From positions 608,001-672,000 of the forward strand of contig CAWBMV010000001.1 in NCBI GenBank assembly GCA_963789955.1: a stretch of 64,000 bases of DNA, read 5' to 3'. This stretch comes from an uncultured Candidatus Rokubacteria bacterium (lineage in GTDB: Bacteria > Methylomirabilota > Methylomirabilia > Rokubacteriales > CSP1-6). Positions 1 through 10,200 of this stretch are shown here, piece after piece. The notes below the pieces were generated by a model. The model worked only from the letters and a program-made list of their open reading frames with translations, made no database searches and was not told the DNA's origin. The position numbers and the translations under genes were made by a program. Each line of letters begins with the position of its first letter. Positions within the stretch are counted from its first letter, which is position 1.

Positions 1-820
1 CGGCGATGGGTCACCGCCACCGCGGGCGCCGTGCTTGTCGTCGTCGTCGCCAGCACGATCGCGCTGGTCGCGACCGGCGGACTCCGGTCGCTCGGGGCCT
101 GGGCGTTCTCGCGCACCGAGAAATCGATCTCGCCGCCGGTCGACGTGCCGGCGCTCTCGCCCGTCGTGGATGAGCGCCGCCCGCCGGAGCCAACTCTGGC
201 GGCGATCCTCGAGCGATCCGTCGCTCACCGCCGACCGGGCGAGCGCGTTCGTCAACCTGTACGCGCTCTGGGGTCTCGACGCCAGCGGCGCGAACGCCGA
301 GCGCGGCTGCGAGCTCGGGCGCGCGGCCGGGTTGCGCTGTCTCAACCGGACGGGAACGTGGACCGTGCTGCGTCGTCTGAATCTTCCGGCGATCCTCGAA
401 CTCACGACTCCGGAGGGACGGAAGTATCATGTCGTCCTGGCGGGCCTCGACGGCGACCGGGCGACGCTCGAGATCGGCGCGCGCCAAGTCACCCTGCCGA
501 GCAGCGAGGTCGAGCGCTTCTGGGACGGACCGTTCACGATGATCTGGAGATCGCCGGTCACGGGACCGGTACCGATCCAGCCGGGTATGTCGGGCCGCGA
601 CGTCGCGTGGCTTCGCCAGCGGCTCGGTGCCCTCGATGGGCAACCGGCGACCGCGAGGGCCAATCAGATCTACGACGACGAGCTGAAGCGGCGGGTCGCC
701 GTGTTCCAGCAGGGTGAGGCGCTGATGCCGGACGGTATCGCCGGTGAAGAGACGCTCGTCCGCCTGGTCGCGACGGCGTCGGGCGCGAACGGTCCCACGT
801 TGACCGCCGAGCGACCCTAG
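1..820 (+). CDS. exeA: ExeA/GspA-like protein, C-terminal part (TM segment + peptidoglycan-binding domain); 5' end outside window; frameshift near 212
   Basis: Frame of ORF 31 gives a TM helix. Frame of ORF 35 gives the C-x-x-x-x-x-x-GLRCL region and the PG_binding motif (GRDVAWLRQRL...FQQGEALMPDGIAGEETL). Directly followed by a GspB-like gene. Confidence 0.8.
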   Translation, partial: GDGSPPPRAPCLSSSSPARSRWSRPADSGRSGPGRSRAPRNRSRRRSTCRRSRPSWMSAARRSQLWRRSSSDPSLTADRASAFVNLYALWGLDASGANAERGCELGRAAGLRCLNRTGTWTVLRRLNLPAILELTTPEGRKYHVVLAGLDGDRATLEIGARQVTLPSSEVERFWDGPFTMIWRSPVTGPVPIQPGMSGRDVAWLRQRLGALDGQPATARANQIYDDELKRRVAVFQQGEALMPDGIAGEETLVRLVATASGANGPTLTAERP

Positions 821-822
821 CC

Positions 823-1524
823 ATGTCCTATATCCTCGACGCGCTCACGAAGGCCGCGCAGCAGCGAGACCGGCAGGTGCCCGTCGTGCAGCGGCTTCTT
901 TCGCCCGCGCCGAGGCCGCGATCGTCGTGGCACTACGCGTCCGGGCGTCTGCTCGCCGCGCTCGCGCTGAACGCGGTGCTCCTGGCCGCTGTGCTCTTCT
1001 GGTGGCTACGCCCGGCGGCGGTTACCGCTCCGGAGCCGATCGCGGCGGCGCCCGAGTCGATCGCCACGCCGGCGCCGCCGGTGACGAGCCCGCGTCCGCT
1101 CGTCAAGCTCGAGCCGCTGCCGAGCGCCGAGACGAAGGTCGAAAAGCCGGCGCCGCCGAGACTAGCGCCGAGCACCCCTGCCGTGCCGCCGGCCGCTACG
1201 CCGCCCGCTGCGCCGCCCGTCGCGGTCGCGCCGGCGCCCGCGCCGTTGGCTCCGCCGCGTCCTCGCTCCGGGACACCGACGATCCAGGCTACGCCGGCGC
1301 CAGCTCCCGCCCCGCGACCGCCGGCGTCCCCCGAGACGGCGTCGCTCAGACTCGAGGCGCTGATCTATGCCGACGCGCCGGCGGAGCGCATGGTCTTCAT
1401 CAACGGCCGGCGCTATCGCGAGGGCGACTCGATCGATGGCCGGCTTCGGATCGAGGAGATCCGCGAAGAAGGCGTCGAGCTCAGCGATCAAGGTCGCCGC
1501 TTCACCCTTCGCGTCGCGCGCTGA
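823..1524 (+). CDS. exeB: general secretion pathway protein B (ExeB/GspB)
   Basis: N-terminal MSYILDAL, TM helix, Pro/Ala linker, C-terminal T2SSB-like domain (LIYADAPAERMVFINGRRYREGD). Confidence 0.85.
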   Translation: MSYILDALTKAAQQRDRQVPVVQRLLSPAPRPRSSWHYASGRLLAALALNAVLLAAVLFWWLRPAAVTAPEPIAAAPESIATPAPPVTSPRPLVKLEPLPSAETKVEKPAPPRLAPSTPAVPPAATPPAAPPVAVAPAPAPLAPPRPRSGTPTIQATPAPAPAPRPPASPETASLRLEALIYADAPAERMVFINGRRYREGDSIDGRLRIEEIREEGVELSDQGRRFTLRVAR

Positions 1525-1709
1525 CCAGCGCCTAGCCTTTCGCCACTCCTGGCGATTCCCCGGCATTCCTGTCACCGCATCGTTCTCCGCATCCCGACGT
1601 CCGTAGCTTGTTTCCCCGCAGAAACTCAGTCGTTTCTGGGTTCGCCGGAGCGGGCGAATCCAGTGGCTCGACTCTTGCTTTTATAGGGTCGATTTCTGTG
1701 GAGGGACAG

Positions 1710-2693
1710 ATGCGGCCACGTACCCGGAAAACGGGTCTTTTCGCCGTTGTCACGCTCGCGATCCTTCTCGCCACCGTGCTGCACGCGGCGGCGCCCGCTC
1801 GCACCGTCAAGATCGCCGTGCTGACTCCTGGACTCAGCTTCGGCGAGGTGCTGGCGGGATTTCGCGACGGGCTCAGTCAGCTCGGCTATCGAGAGCACGT
1901 CAACCTGACCCTGGTCGTCGAGGACACGAAGGGCACAGGATCGGACGTGAAGGCGCAGGCCCAGACCTTGGTCGCCGGCAAGCCCGACGTGCTCGTCACG
2001 GTCGGCACCTCTCACACGGTCGCAGCCAAGATGGCGACGACGAGCATTCCGATCGTCTTCACGTGGGTCGGCGATCCCGTCCGCTCCGGGCTGGTCGCGA
2101 GCTACACGTCCTCCGGGAACAATCTCACCGGCCTGTCCGTGTACTCGGGGCCGCTTTCCGGCAAGCGGCTCGAGATCCTGAAGGAGATCGCGCCCGACTC
2201 CCGGCGCGTCCTGTGCCTGGTCGCCAAGGAGAGCATCGCCGAGATCAGCTTCACCCTGGCGCAGAAGACGGCCGATCAGCTCGGGTTGACCTTGATCCGG
2301 CGCGACGTCGCCAGCCGCGACGACATCGTGCGCGAGCTGGGTGCCCTGCCCAAGGGCGCGTTCGACGCGATCTATCACGTGCCCTCCGGTCTCGTGACCG
2401 CGCACATCGGGCTACTCATCGCGCGCGCGCGCGAGGACAAGGTCGCCCTGATGGCGCACGAGGACGAGCTGGTCGCGGCCGGCGCGCTCGCCTCGTATGG
2501 CGCGAACTATCGGCGCATGGGCCAGCAAACCGCGCGCGTCGTCGATCGCGTGCTTGCGGGTGTCGCGCCGACCGAGATCCCGATCCAGATTCCCGACAAG
2601 CTGACGCTTGCCATCAACCTCGTCACGGCGCGCACGATCGGGTTGAAGCCGCCGCTGGCGCTCCTCGAGCGCGCCGAGCGCATCGTCGAGTAG
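1710..2693 (+). CDS. ABC-type substrate-binding protein (ABC_sub_bind family), stand-alone
   Basis: GGAGGG RBS before ATG 1710; signal peptide; motifs IPIVF..VGDPVRSGLV.S....GNNLTG, KRLEILKE, LAINL.TA..IGL. Confidence 0.9.
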   Translation: MRPRTRKTGLFAVVTLAILLATVLHAAAPARTVKIAVLTPGLSFGEVLAGFRDGLSQLGYREHVNLTLVVEDTKGTGSDVKAQAQTLVAGKPDVLVTVGTSHTVAAKMATTSIPIVFTWVGDPVRSGLVASYTSSGNNLTGLSVYSGPLSGKRLEILKEIAPDSRRVLCLVAKESIAEISFTLAQKTADQLGLTLIRRDVASRDDIVRELGALPKGAFDAIYHVPSGLVTAHIGLLIARAREDKVALMAHEDELVAAGALASYGANYRRMGQQTARVVDRVLAGVAPTEIPIQIPDKLTLAINLVTARTIGLKPPLALLERAERIVE

Positions 2694-2706
2694 CTCCGCC
2701 GCGCCG

Positions 2707-5430
2707 ATGCTCCCCGCGCTCGGCCTTCCTCTCGGAACCCTGCGCCGCCGACTCTTCCTGCTGCTGGCGGCCACGAGCGTCATCGGCATCGTGGGTGTCA
2801 ACCTCATCTGGCTGCCCGGCGCCGTGCGGGATGTGCACGCGGCCCGGAGCGAGCTCCAGCTGGTCGCGGTCGGCGGCGTGCGGGATCAGATCGATCTCTT
2901 CCTCGCCGACAAGGAGGAGGCGCTGACGACGGTCGCGCAGCTGTTCCGCGCCGCCGTCATCGACGGTGACCCGAAGAGCGTCGCGATCGTGGGCCAGCGG
3001 TTTCTCGCGCGCGAGCGCGCCTTCGAGGAGATCGGCGTGTTCGAGCCCCCGCGCACGTGGCGCTACCGTCTGTCGCGCCGCGAGGTGATGTCGATCTCGT
3101 CAGCCGACTCGCCCCCGGCGCTCGACGCGATGCCGCCGGCGAACGGCGTCGCCTGGGGCGCGGTGACCACGACCGAGACGTCCGAACCGTGGCTGACGGT
3201 GGCCGCGCCGCTCTCCGGCGCCGCCGAGGGCCGGCTCCTCGTCGTCGGCGTCCTCAACCTCAAGGATCTCTGGTCGCTGATCGCCGACGTCCGGCTCGGG
3301 CAGGGGGGACGCGCGTACGTCGTCGATCGCCGCGGCGGGCTCATCGCGGCCGACGACGTCAACCTGGTGCTCAAGCGGCTGTCGCTGAGCCATCGGCCGT
3401 TCGTGGTGACCCTGCTCGAGCAGGATCACCCGAGTGGCGTCACCGGCTCCTACACGAACGAGCGCGGCGTCGACGCCATGGCGACGGGGCTGCGCGTCGA
3501 CCGCGTGGGCTGGGGCGCGGTCGTCGAGCACCCGCGCGCGATCGTGACGGCGGCGGTCGGCCGCAAGCTGTGGTTCTTCGCCGGGCTCACGGTGGTCGGC
3601 GTCCTGGTGAGCGCGGGGGCCGCGCACCTGGCGAGCGCACGCCTGACCCGGCCCCTCGAGCGGCTGCGGCAGGGCGTACAGCGTTTCGGCCACGGGGAGC
3701 TCGACCACCGCGTGCCGATCGAGACGGCCGACGAGATCGGCGAGCTGGCGCTGCAATTCAACCAGATGGCGACCGAGCTGGGCGCCTCGCACGCGCGACT
3801 CGAGGAGCGGATCCGCGACGCCACGCGCGACCTGGCGCGCCGGCAGCGCGAGGCCGAAGAGCTCGCTCGCGTCGCGCGGACCCTGACGGAAGACCTCGAC
3901 GTGCACCAGGTCGCCGATCGCGTCGTCCAGCCGATCCTGAAGCTCTTCGCCGTCCAGTCGTCCGTGCTGTGGCGGCGCGAAGCCGACGGCTCGCTGGTTG
4001 CCCTCGGGATCAGCGGCCGCGCCCGCGACGGATTCCGCCGCGGCGACGTCCTGCCGGCCGGCGCCTCGATGGCGGGACGGGCGGTCACCGAGGGCCGGGC
4101 GGTCTGGACGAGCGACATCCTGGCGGAGCCCGGCCTCGTGCTGCCGCGGGCGCAGCGCACGCGGGTGCAGACCTCCGGAGACCGCGCCGTCCTGTGCGTG
4201 CCGGTCGCGGTCGGCGCGCGAACGATCGGCGTACTCTCGCTCGGCGACGGCTCCGTGCGCCAGTTCACCCACGACGAGATGAGCTTGTTGCAGGCCTTCG
4301 CCGACCAGGCGGCCATCGCGCTCCAGAACGCGAGCCTCTACGCCGAGTCGCAGACCCAGCGGATCCAGCTGACCCAGATCCTCGAGTCGACCTCCGACGG
4401 CGTGCTGTTCGTCGGTCCCGACGGCCGTATCCAGGCGGCCAACCGGCGTGTCGGCGAGCTGCTCGGGCTCGAGGCGACGCCGATCGTCGGGAGCGAGCTC
4501 GGCGAGATGCTCCGCCGCGAGTGCTCGACGGTGTCGACCGAACGTCTCTTGCTGGCGTGCGCCGGCGGACTCGGCGCGGCCCCGGCCGAGGGGACCAGCG
4601 GTGATCTCGATGTGCCGAGCCTCAACCGGGTGCTGCACTGGGAGGCGCGCGCCACACGGGACGCCGCGGGCCGTACGACCGGCCTGACGATCACGGTGCA
4701 CGACGTGACGCAGGAGCGCGAGATCGCGCAGATGAAGAGCGACTTCGTCTCGTTCGCCACGCACCAGCTCCGCACGCCGCTGTCGGGGATCAAGTGGATG
4801 CTGGAGCTGGCGATGGACGAGCAGGCCGTCCCGGACGGCGCGGCCAGCTATATGAAGGACGCGCTCGGCGCGTCACAGCGCCTGATCCAGCTCGTCAACG
4901 ATCTGCTCGACATCTCGCGGCTCGAGAGCGGCCGGATGAAGGCGACGCCGCAGCTCGTCGACCTGGTGGAGCTGACGCGCACCGTGCTCACCGATTTGAA
5001 GCTGCAGCTCGACGAGAAGGGCCATCGGATGACCCTGGAGACGTCCGGCGATGCGCTCGCGGTGTTCGCCGATCCGCAGCTCCTGCGCCAGGTCGTGCTC
5101 AACTTCACCTCGAACGCGATCAAGTATTCGCCGCGCCACGGCGACATCCGGGTGGCCCTGACAGGTGAGCAGGATGTCGTGCGCTGGCTGATCAAGGACA
5201 CCGGGATCGGCATCCCCAAGGAGAGCCAGCGGCACCTGTTCGAGAAGTTCTACCGCGCCGACAACGTCGCCGCGCTCGAGACCGACGGGACGGGCCTCGG
5301 TCTCTACCTGGTGCGGCTGATCGTCGAGCAGATCGGCGGCCACGTCGGCTGCGAGTCGGAGGAAGGCCGCGGCGCGACGTTCTATTTCACCGTGCCGCGC
5401 GCCCAGACGTCCTCGCCCGCATCGCGATAA
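2707..5430 (+). CDS. sensor histidine kinase (Cache-HAMP-GAF-PAS-HisKA-HATPase_c)
   Basis: Two TM helices, HAMP (DEIGELALQFNQM), GAF (FADQAAIALQNA), H-box HQLRTPL, N-box NAIKYS, G-boxes DTGIGI and GTGLGL. Confidence 0.92.
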   Translation: MLPALGLPLGTLRRRLFLLLAATSVIGIVGVNLIWLPGAVRDVHAARSELQLVAVGGVRDQIDLFLADKEEALTTVAQLFRAAVIDGDPKSVAIVGQRFLARERAFEEIGVFEPPRTWRYRLSRREVMSISSADSPPALDAMPPANGVAWGAVTTTETSEPWLTVAAPLSGAAEGRLLVVGVLNLKDLWSLIADVRLGQGGRAYVVDRRGGLIAADDVNLVLKRLSLSHRPFVVTLLEQDHPSGVTGSYTNERGVDAMATGLRVDRVGWGAVVEHPRAIVTAAVGRKLWFFAGLTVVGVLVSAGAAHLASARLTRPLERLRQGVQRFGHGELDHRVPIETADEIGELALQFNQMATELGASHARLEERIRDATRDLARRQREAEELARVARTLTEDLDVHQVADRVVQPILKLFAVQSSVLWRREADGSLVALGISGRARDGFRRGDVLPAGASMAGRAVTEGRAVWTSDILAEPGLVLPRAQRTRVQTSGDRAVLCVPVAVGARTIGVLSLGDGSVRQFTHDEMSLLQAFADQAAIALQNASLYAESQTQRIQLTQILESTSDGVLFVGPDGRIQAANRRVGELLGLEATPIVGSELGEMLRRECSTVSTERLLLACAGGLGAAPAEGTSGDLDVPSLNRVLHWEARATRDAAGRTTGLTITVHDVTQEREIAQMKSDFVSFATHQLRTPLSGIKWMLELAMDEQAVPDGAASYMKDALGASQRLIQLVNDLLDISRLESGRMKATPQLVDLVELTRTVLTDLKLQLDEKGHRMTLETSGDALAVFADPQLLRQVVLNFTSNAIKYSPRHGDIRVALTGEQDVVRWLIKDTGIGIPKESQRHLFEKFYRADNVAALETDGTGLGLYLVRLIVEQIGGHVGCESEEGRGATFYFTVPRAQTSSPASR

Positions 5431-5441
5431 GCTTCGGAGGC

Positions 5442-6212
5442 GTGGACGGTCTAGCGCTGAAGCTCGTGCTCACTCCCACCTTGATCGGCGCGGTCAGCCT
5501 GGCCGGACGTCGCTGGGGACCCGGCGTCAGCGGATGGCTCGTGGGATTTCCCCTCACGTCGGGGCCCGTCGCCTTCTTCCTGGCGCTCGACCAGGGTGTG
5601 GCGTTCGCCGCGGGTGCCGCGGCCGGCTCGATGACGGGCGCCGCGGCTCAGGCCGCGTTCTGTGTCGTCTATGGGCGCCGGGCGCGCGGACATCACTGGG
5701 CGGTGCCGCTCGTGGCCGGGAGCTTGGCGTTCGCGCTCGCGAGCGTGGCGCTCCAGCTCGTGACCCTGGCGCTGCTCCCGCTTCTGGCGCTCGTGGTCGG
5801 TGCGCTCGTCGTGGCGCTGCTCTTCATGCCGAGGGATGCCGACAGCCCGCGCCCGGCACAGAGACCCCGGTGGGACATCCCGGCCCGGATCGTCGTGACG
5901 ACGACGATCGTGCTGGTGCTGACCGGGCTCGCGACCGCGCTCGGGCCGTCACTCACGGGCCTGCTGGCGACGTACCCGCTCTACGGCGCCATCCTCTCGG
6001 GGTTCGCGCACCACCTCGAGGGGCCCGGGCCCGCCGTTCGCGTGCTGCGCGGGCTCTTGCTCGGCCTCTTCGCCTTCGCCGGCTTCTTCTTCGTGCTCGC
6101 GCTGCTGATCGAGCGGGCCGGCATCGCGCAGGCTTTCGCCGCGGCCATCGCGGCCGCGCTGGTTCTTCAGGCCGGAGCCCTCTGGGCCATGCGCCGGGAT
6201 TCTCCGGCTTGA
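5442..6212 (+). CDS. multi-pass membrane protein of unknown function
   Basis: GGAGG RBS + GTG; highly hydrophobic, with an internal two-fold repeat (WGP.VSGWLVGFP / LGP.LTGLLATYP). Confidence 0.75.
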   Translation: MDGLALKLVLTPTLIGAVSLAGRRWGPGVSGWLVGFPLTSGPVAFFLALDQGVAFAAGAAAGSMTGAAAQAAFCVVYGRRARGHHWAVPLVAGSLAFALASVALQLVTLALLPLLALVVGALVVALLFMPRDADSPRPAQRPRWDIPARIVVTTTIVLVLTGLATALGPSLTGLLATYPLYGAILSGFAHHLEGPGPAVRVLRGLLLGLFAFAGFFFVLALLIERAGIAQAFAAAIAAALVLQAGALWAMRRDSPA

Positions 6213-6333
6213 CCGACCGCCGGCCTGGCTAGCCGCGACCCGCCCGGCTCGCGGTACACTCCCGCCTGAGGACCGCATGAGGGTCCGGGCGACATTCGCG
6301 AGGATCACGAGGACTGTCATTGAGGAGGGGACG

Positions 6334-6801
6334 ATGATTCGACTCAACGGGATCGGTCATGTGCTGCTACGCGTGAGCGACGTGGAGCGGTCGCGGGCCT
6401 TCTACTCGACGATCCTCGGGCTCAAAGTCGTCGAGGAAGACCCCGAGCACGGCGGCGTCTTCATGGCGCTCGAGGGGCAGGGCCACACCGTGGATCTCTT
6501 CCCCGTGCAGAATCCGGCGACCGCACCGCGTCCGGTGCCGGGCGGCGTCGGCGTTCATCACGTCGCCTTCCACGTCGGAAGCGAAGCGGCGCTGGCGGAT
6601 GCCTACTTCACCCTGCAGGAGCACGGGATCCCGATCGTCCGCGCCGTGGATCACGTGAGCCAGAAGAGCATCTACTTTCACGATCCGGACGGCAACTACC
6701 TGGAGATCTACTTCGAGCTGCCGAACGCTCCCGAGCTCTTCCGCGAGGGGCGCCAGGATCGCGATCAGCCGCTGGTCTTCGAGAAGCGCGCCTCAGGCTG
6801 A
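6334..6801 (+). CDS. VOC/glyoxalase family protein (catechol 2,3-dioxygenase-like)
   Basis: GAGGAGG RBS; motifs IGHVLLRVSD, HHVAF, SIYFHDPDGNYLEIY. Confidence 0.9.
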   Translation: MIRLNGIGHVLLRVSDVERSRAFYSTILGLKVVEEDPEHGGVFMALEGQGHTVDLFPVQNPATAPRPVPGGVGVHHVAFHVGSEAALADAYFTLQEHGIPIVRAVDHVSQKSIYFHDPDGNYLEIYFELPNAPELFREGRQDRDQPLVFEKRASG

Positions 6802-6889
6802 GGGCGGATTTGTGGCCCGCGCGAGACGGGCGGACGCCGGGCAAGCGACTGCTCGCGCTGATGCCTGTGGACTGGTACGATCGCTGGCT

Positions 6890-7489
6890 GTGGTCACTCT
6901 AGCTCGCTGGTCCGTGGCGGTCGTTCTGGCACTGGTCGCCTTCGCGGTGAGCCCGGTGTCCAGTGACGCGCAGACCCCGGAGCTCGAGCGCTGGCTGGAC
7001 GGCTCTCAGCCCTTTTCGTTCGGGGTCGATACCTCGCGCTTCCGCGTCTCCACCCTGGGGACCAAGCCCTCCATCGGGACCGAAGACCCGGCGATCAGCA
7101 GCGTGCCGTATCGGCTCGTCGATTCGGATCTGCTCGGCACGGCGATGTCGTTCGACCTCAAGGTGCGCTGGCCGTCGTCCTCGGCGTCGGGAGCCCCCGC
7201 GCTGGGCTCGCTAGCGCCGTATCTCTCGTTCGGACCGACTCTCCTGGTCCCCGGTGCCGAGGGCGTGTCGCGGCCGGGCCAGCCTGTGGGCAGGAACGAC
7301 GGATCGATGGCGTTCGGTCTCAGCTGGGGCGCGGGGCTGTCGTGGCGGTTCGCGCACAACGCGGAGCTATTCGGGAGCTACCGGTTCATGCAGTTCGGTC
7401 GCGACAGCCTCTCGCGTGGCGACCGACCCTTCTCGGATTCCGAGCTCACCGGGCACGACTTCCTGTACGGCATCTCCGTTCGGTTCTGA
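6890..7489 (+). CDS. exported protein, probable outer-membrane beta-barrel
   Basis: Signal peptide; PYLSFG, WGAGLSWRF, LFGSYRF strands; C-terminal YGISVRF aromatic beta-signal. Start inferred from the -10 box. Confidence 0.65.
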   Translation: MVTLARWSVAVVLALVAFAVSPVSSDAQTPELERWLDGSQPFSFGVDTSRFRVSTLGTKPSIGTEDPAISSVPYRLVDSDLLGTAMSFDLKVRWPSSSASGAPALGSLAPYLSFGPTLLVPGAEGVSRPGQPVGRNDGSMAFGLSWGAGLSWRFAHNAELFGSYRFMQFGRDSLSRGDRPFSDSELTGHDFLYGISVRF

Positions 7490-7700
7490 TCCCGCTTCCG
7501 GGCCATCGCGGCGACCGGTGGCGCGCGCGCGAGTGAGTCGACATTGACGACGACCCGGAACTTTGCATGCCGACAAGCGTTGCGGGCTTACACTCGCCGC
7601 GATCTCTTTCGGTCTGCGCCCCGCCCGGTGCAAAGGCCGGGAATTCACGAACAGTGGCGACGCCGATCGGTTGAGCGTACCGACGGTGACTGAGAGTCGG

Positions 7701-9572
7701 ATGTCCCAAAAGATCGGGAAGTACGAAGTGATCGATCAGATCGGCCGCGGTGGCATGGGCACGATCTTCAGGGCTCGCGATCCGATCCTGGAGCGGTCAG
7801 TTGCGCTCAAGGTGATTTCGGACGTCGAGGTCACGCCCGAGCTGCGGTCGCGCTTCTTCCGCGAAGCCCAGGCCTGCGCGCGGATCACTCATCCAAACAT
7901 CGTCATCGTCCATGACATGGGAGAGGACGATGGGCGCCTGTTCATCGTGATGGAGCTACTCGATGGTGAGGAGCTAGGGCGGGTCATCGCGCGGCACGAG
8001 CAATTGAGCTTGCCGGAGAAGCTCGACATCGTGCGGCAGCTCTGCGACGGGCTGCACTTCGCCCACCAGAAAGGCGTCGTGCACCGCGACGTGAAGCCCG
8101 CCAACATCCTCCTGCTGCGCACGGGCCGGGTGAAAATCGTCGACTTCGGCATCGCGCAGCTCGCCGGGGCCGCTACCCAACGGGATCTCACGCGTGCCGG
8201 GATGATCATGGGCACGATCCGGTACATGGCTCCTGAGCAGGTGCGGGGGCACGCTGATCGCCGGTCGGACATCTTTTCGGTCGCGGCCGTGTCCTACGAG
8301 CTCTTCAGCGGGCGGCCACCGTTCTCAGGGAATGACCCACTGCAGATCCTCGAGCAGCTTCGGACGTCGACACCCCCGCGGCTGACGGAGGTGGATCCGA
8401 GCCTGCCGTCCGAGTTGGCCGACGTCATCGCTCGGGGAATCCAAAAGGAGCCCGAAGCGCGCTTCGCCGATCTCGGGCAGATGGGCCGAGAGCTCGAGCG
8501 TATCCAGCGCGAGCTTGCGGGCGAGGGTGAGCGCGTGGCCGCCACCGATCGCCACAGGTCCTTCGCGCGGGCGATCCCCGTTGCCGAGCCGCCCGTGCCA
8601 CCCGTTGCGATAACGCCACCCGCATCGGCGAGAGAACTCGCCGTGCCTGCCGGGCCGCCGCCAGAGATTGACCGCGGACGAGCGGCTGGCGCCGCGGCGG
8701 CTCGGCGTCTGCCTCGCGTCGCGATCGGCACCGGCGTCGCGCTTGCCGCAATCGTTGGCGTCACGCTCTATTGGTTGCTCCCGACCGTTCCTCGCAGCGC
8801 GGTCACGGAAACGCCGGCCGCTGTTTCGAATAGTGGAGTGGAGAAAGAGGCCACGGCAGAGCCACCGAAACGTTCAGGTCTCGCCCGCGACGAGGCGCCA
8901 CGCCCAACGGCCGAGAAGCCCGGTGAAGCGGAGCGGCCCCATCCCGTGGCACGCGCGGAGAAGCCGTCGGCATCCGTCGGGGCGTCGATCCCCGCAGCCT
9001 CGACGAGCAAATCGGAGCGCACGAGCGCCGCTCCCCTCGAGCGCGCTGAGACGAGCGACATCCGTGTGCTGGCCCCTGGAGCGCGTGGGGACGCCGAGCG
9101 AGCTCGGTCACGGATGACCGCCGCGAAGCAAGCGGCCGAGGGAGTTGCCGCGGGATTTTATACTCGCGCTCGCTTCGCCTCGGCTCAGAGCAAGGAGCGC
9201 GATGGTGTGGCGGCCATGGGTCGCGGAGAGTATGCCGCCGCCGGCAGCCTGTTCACGGAGGCGCAAGCCGAATACCAGGCCGCGCTGGCCGAGGCGCCGC
9301 GCGAGGAAGAAAAGGAGCGCCAGCTCGCGCTCCTGAGGTCCGGTCTCGATCAGGCACATGCGGCCGTGGCGGCACAGCGTCGACAAGCGCTGGCCGCGGA
9401 GGCGGATCAGCTCGCGCGCGACTCCTTCGACCAGGCGCAGGCCCGGCAAGTCGAGGGCGACGGCTTGGCGAGCCGCAAGGAGCTCGCGGCGGCTGCGCGG
9501 GCGTATCGGGATGCGGCCGAAGGCTACGCGGCCGCCGAACGCCGGGCTCGAGCCGCGCGCTCGGTCAAGTAA
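7701..9572 (+). CDS. Hanks-type Ser/Thr protein kinase with TM helix and Ala-rich extracellular helical region
   Basis: GRGGMG, VALK, HRDVKPAN, DFG, GTIRYMAPE, DIFS motifs. Confidence 0.93.
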   Translation: MSQKIGKYEVIDQIGRGGMGTIFRARDPILERSVALKVISDVEVTPELRSRFFREAQACARITHPNIVIVHDMGEDDGRLFIVMELLDGEELGRVIARHEQLSLPEKLDIVRQLCDGLHFAHQKGVVHRDVKPANILLLRTGRVKIVDFGIAQLAGAATQRDLTRAGMIMGTIRYMAPEQVRGHADRRSDIFSVAAVSYELFSGRPPFSGNDPLQILEQLRTSTPPRLTEVDPSLPSELADVIARGIQKEPEARFADLGQMGRELERIQRELAGEGERVAATDRHRSFARAIPVAEPPVPPVAITPPASARELAVPAGPPPEIDRGRAAGAAAARRLPRVAIGTGVALAAIVGVTLYWLLPTVPRSAVTETPAAVSNSGVEKEATAEPPKRSGLARDEAPRPTAEKPGEAERPHPVARAEKPSASVGASIPAASTSKSERTSAAPLERAETSDIRVLAPGARGDAERARSRMTAAKQAAEGVAAGFYTRARFASAQSKERDGVAAMGRGEYAAAGSLFTEAQAEYQAALAEAPREEEKERQLALLRSGLDQAHAAVAAQRRQALAAEADQLARDSFDQAQARQVEGDGLASRKELAAAARAYRDAAEGYAAAERRARAARSVK

Positions 9573-9593
9573 CCCGAGACGAGCGCTAACCGT

Positions 9594-10055
9594 CTAGCGC
9601 GAGCGGCTCGGCGCGAAGACCCGTTCGATCTCGTCGAGATGCTCTCGCCGGTGCTCCGCGCGAACCAGACTGATCGGATTCCCCGCCGCGGCATTCGCCG
9701 CGATGTGCTGGTCGGACAGCGCTTCGACCCGGCGATCGGCCGCATCGGCGGCCGCGACCGCGAGTCGCGCGGCGTCACGCGGCGGTAGCGCCAGGCAGAG
9801 CGCCTTCGTCGAGTCGTTGATCCAGTCGACGTCCTTCTCGTCGATGGATCGCGGAGTCGAGCGCAGCCCTTCCTTCTCCCAGCGCTCGATCAGGACCAGG
9901 ATGCGCTCATCCCAGAACGCCAGGTGGGCGAGGACGGCGCCGACCGTCCACCCGGCGTCGAGCGGGCGGGCGAGATCGCCGTCGCTCAGGCGGTCGACGA
10001 GCGCGCGCAGGCGCGCGCGTTCGCGGTTGTTCTCGGCCACGTACGGACGATCCAT
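9594..10055 (-). CDS. DinB/MDMPI-N family protein
   Basis: GGGAGG RBS; GWTVGAVLAHLAFWD and HRREHLDEIE His motifs. Confidence 0.8.
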   Translation of the reverse strand: MDRPYVAENNRERARLRALVDRLSDGDLARPLDAGWTVGAVLAHLAFWDERILVLIERWEKEGLRSTPRSIDEKDVDWINDSTKALCLALPPRDAARLAVAAADAADRRVEALSDQHIAANAAAGNPISLVRAEHRREHLDEIERVFAPSRSR

Positions 10056-10200
10056 GTCAGCCTCCCGACGCTCTCGATAGCCGTCGGCTCCGACTCTACC
10101 CGAACCGCGTGCCGGCCGCGACCGGTTCGCACGCCCCGGCTTGACAAGCCTCGGGGCATGGGCGAATAGTGCCCGACGACCGAAACAGGGAGGCGCGCGC

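Noticed and set aside
3057..4764. Long Arg/Ala/Pro-rich alternative-frame and antisense ORFs here and throughout the window
   Set aside because: Shadow ORFs caused by stop-codon scarcity in high-GC DNA; they overlap well-supported genes.
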